From Utricularia gibba (taxonomy: Eukaryota > Plantae > Magnoliophyta), in contig NEEC01000004.1 in assembly GCA_002189035.1 (NCBI GenBank), positions 186,001 to 250,000 on the forward strand: 64,000 nt of DNA, in the 5' to 3' direction. The notes under the pieces are model-generated. The model had not been told where the DNA came from, ran no database searches, and was given only the letters and a program-made list of their open reading frames with translations. Shown piece after piece: positions 61,701 to 64,000 of the stretch; within the stretch, counting starts at the first letter, position 1; each line of letters begins with the position of its first letter. The position numbers and the translations under genes were made by a program.

Positions 61701-62929
61701 TATGTTGTATTGTAATTTAAATGTGATATGAATTATGATTTCCATTTGAATTATCAGATAATGGAGCAATTAATTTCTCGGCTTGATGTGGCTATGTTCA
61801 ATGCTATCCTTCGAGAGCCATCCAATGAAACTCCGACAGATCCTGCCGCGGATCCCATCAATGATGCTCGAGTTCTCCCTATCCCAACAGGGAAAACTAG
61901 CTTTGGTGCTGGCGCTCAACTGAAAAATGCTGTCAGTATTTTCTTTTGTACTTGTTTCGTTATGACCAAATATTGGAATGCTGAGGCTTGTCTTTGCTTG
62001 CTACACATGAAAGCTCGGTAGCTGGTCCAGATTGCTCACAGATCTCATTGACATTGATGATGGTACCAATTCTCCTAAAAATGATAGCAGCTCAGAAATG
62101 GCTGATGATGATGAGAGAATGGGTTCTACTGAAATTTCGAAGTCATTTCATCTTCTTAATGCACTCAGTGATCTGATGATGCTCCCAAAGGACATGCTAC
62201 TTAGCCAGACAATTAGACGAGAGGTTAAAGCTTATCCCTTAAACTCCTTGCGAAAGCCGCAATTATTTCTTTTCTCACGCAACCATCTTGTTGACTTCGC
62301 TACCCCAGGTTTGTCCATCGTTTGCTCCACCTTTGATTACAAGGATTCTTAGCTCTTTCGTTCCGGACGAGTTCTGCGCTGACCCTATTCCAAGAGTTGT
62401 ATTTGAAGCCTTGAACTCAGAGGTTGGTTTAGTTTTTTGCTGCTTTCCTGCCATGAAAATACGTGTTCTCTTGCTGCCTCTTTACCTATGATTTTGCATC
62501 GCCGTCTGTGACAAATCCTACAACCCGTTTTAAGGTTTAAGGAGAAAAGGAACCACCATCTGTTGCCCGGCTGAACATCTATTGGCTCTGCTTTTACAGG
62601 ATCCTTTCCATGCCGAAGGAGAATCAATCATGAGCATACCATGTGCAGCCAAACCGATAGTGTATCAGGCGCCATCATCTGCTTCAGTAAGCATATTCGC
62701 AGAGACAGGCAAACATCCTGAACTATCTCGTACCGCATCTTCACTACTTCGCAAGTCGCAAACGAGTGACGATGAACTTGATGAACTCGATGACCCCCTG
62801 AGCGCCGATATCACCGGAGGAAGTGGCGTTGTTTCTCCTTCAACTAAGCTCCCCTGGAGCTCAAACACGGGTAGCCGGAGCACAGCGAGGCACCATCTCC
62901 TTCGCGAGGTATGGCTAAACAGACCATGA
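58796..62929 (+). CDS. NT-C2 (EEIG1/EHBP1 N-terminal) domain protein with coiled-coil and C-terminal dilute-like region
   Basis: IQEIKPWPPSQSLKTLRSVLIQWEYG, CIEFNLYEPRRD, ELREMAAIEASIYSVVAEH, RLTFWLSN, RLDVAMFNAILRE and FGAGAQLKNA motifs; ends LLREVWLNRP-stop. Confidence 0.88.
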
Positions 62930-63853
62930 GCAGACTCTACACGCTGTTCATAAGAAGATTTCTAAACATCCAGTACACCGTGGAGACTCCATATTGGGGT
63001 GGCACAAACTCAACAGCTTGTAACATTCTTTCAGAGGCTTCTCTGAGATATGAACAAGAATCACAACATCATGGAATCTAAGGCAGATTCCTTACATGTC
63101 TTTCTTTGTATAGATTTTTAGTATTTTTTTGTTCATGAAGGGGATGTCTGATGGAGGAGGAGGTACCTGTGTCAGCAGCATGTATGCGAAGTTCTCCATC
63201 CAAACAGCAGCCATTTTGGCTTGAGAATGAGACCCGCAGCAGCAGCAATTGACTGGAACCCGTCGGCAGAAAAACTTGCGTCATCACAGACGTGTCTTAA
63301 GCCCACGAAGCAGCCACGGCATTCACAACACCAACTGAAATCCGGGGATAAATATGATCAATTTAGTGAATTTATAATTAAATATAAATATAATATATTT
63401 TCCAAATATCAACACAAAATGTTTTTTTAAAAAAGATTATCATAAAAATAATTATTAAACATGATTTAAAGTTTCTAAATATATCTAGCATTCAAAAAAG
63501 TAGAAAATAAAAAAATAATATTTTCAACAGTATTTAAAACCCTTGTATTATTCCATTTGAATTTTGTATGAAAAATGAATACGATACCTTCGAGAAAATT
63601 GAAGATGTTACCTGCAATTTCTCTCCGTACACTTGTGGGCCCATTGGAATCCGTGTTACGCAATGGGCCCCACCTACGGTTGTCTCATCCACAACTTCCC
63701 GTACGCGCTTTTAGTGTACAAAATCAAAAACGGCTTTTGTTTTTTTATTTAAACAGCAGCTTCGTAGCGCTTTCGCGGTCTTTCTTCTTTATATAGCAAT
63801 CAACGGAAACGACCATCTGGCACCACAAAATCTCACATTCGCAGCCGATAACC

Positions 63854-64000
63854 ATGGATAAACAGCAACAGGAGCTGTACTCGCGAGTCTTCTCTCGGTT
63901 CGACGAGGACGGGGACGGGAGAATAAGCCCGGATGAGTTAAGAAGATGCATCGAGTCGATGGGGTGCGGCGGAGAAATGACAGAGGCGGAAGCGGAGGAG
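63854..64000 (+). CDS. Calmodulin-like EF-hand protein (CML37/38-like), 5' part, truncated by the window end
   Basis: MDKQQQELYSRVFSRFDEDGDGRISPDELRRCIESMG... contains a canonical EF-hand loop DEDGDGRISPDE. TATA-like tttatata at ~63789. Confidence 0.88.
   Translation, partial: MDKQQQELYSRVFSRFDEDGDGRISPDELRRCIESMGCGGEMTEAEAEE

Noticed and set aside
3478-62883. Many 60-190 aa antisense or alternate-frame ORFs overlapping real exons (e.g. 3478-3834, 5869-6189, 17009-17569, 35747-36142, 38244-38794, 41446-41847)
   Set aside because: They are shadows of GC-rich coding sequence on the other strand or frame, with no independent motifs or promoter signals.

Overview
Gene-dense eudicot plant nuclear DNA with short (~70-100 bp) spliceosomal introns. 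The CAD closely resembles Catharanthus 10HGO/8HGO as recalled, which hints at an asterid, but the species cannot be determined. About 21 protein-coding loci in order: ALY/THO4 (partial, -), CAD/ELI3-class dehydrogenase (+), Dof5.7-like (+), an uncharacterised conserved protein (-), kinesin KCA/KAC (+), a proline-rich secreted protein (-), bHLH-ACT (-), a large At4g24610-like protein (-), a tandem pair of unrecognised ~80-aa helical ORFs (+), dirigent-like (+), oleosin (-), ERF5/6-like (+), a small secreted peptide (+), two tandem STP3/HEX6-like sugar transporters (-), BioF (-), a 57-aa DUF4535/STMP1-like gene absent from the ORF track (-), thymidylate kinase (+), an AITR/DIG-related protein (-), an LRR-VI pseudokinase receptor (+), an NT-C2 domain protein (+) and a CML (partial, +). 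No rRNA, tRNA, CRISPR or intact transposon is supported. Main leads: (1) a duplicated orphan micro-gene pair (27.3-30.3 kb) with TATA, RY and ACGT promoter elements, whose divergence is almost all non-synonymous; (2) one STP paralog that keeps its proton-coupling residues but has lost several conserved sugar-binding residues; (3) seven one-base frameshifts in five genes, all repaired by adding one G/C to a G or C run. The third is most likely assembly error and must be resolved before any of these genes is called a pseudogene.
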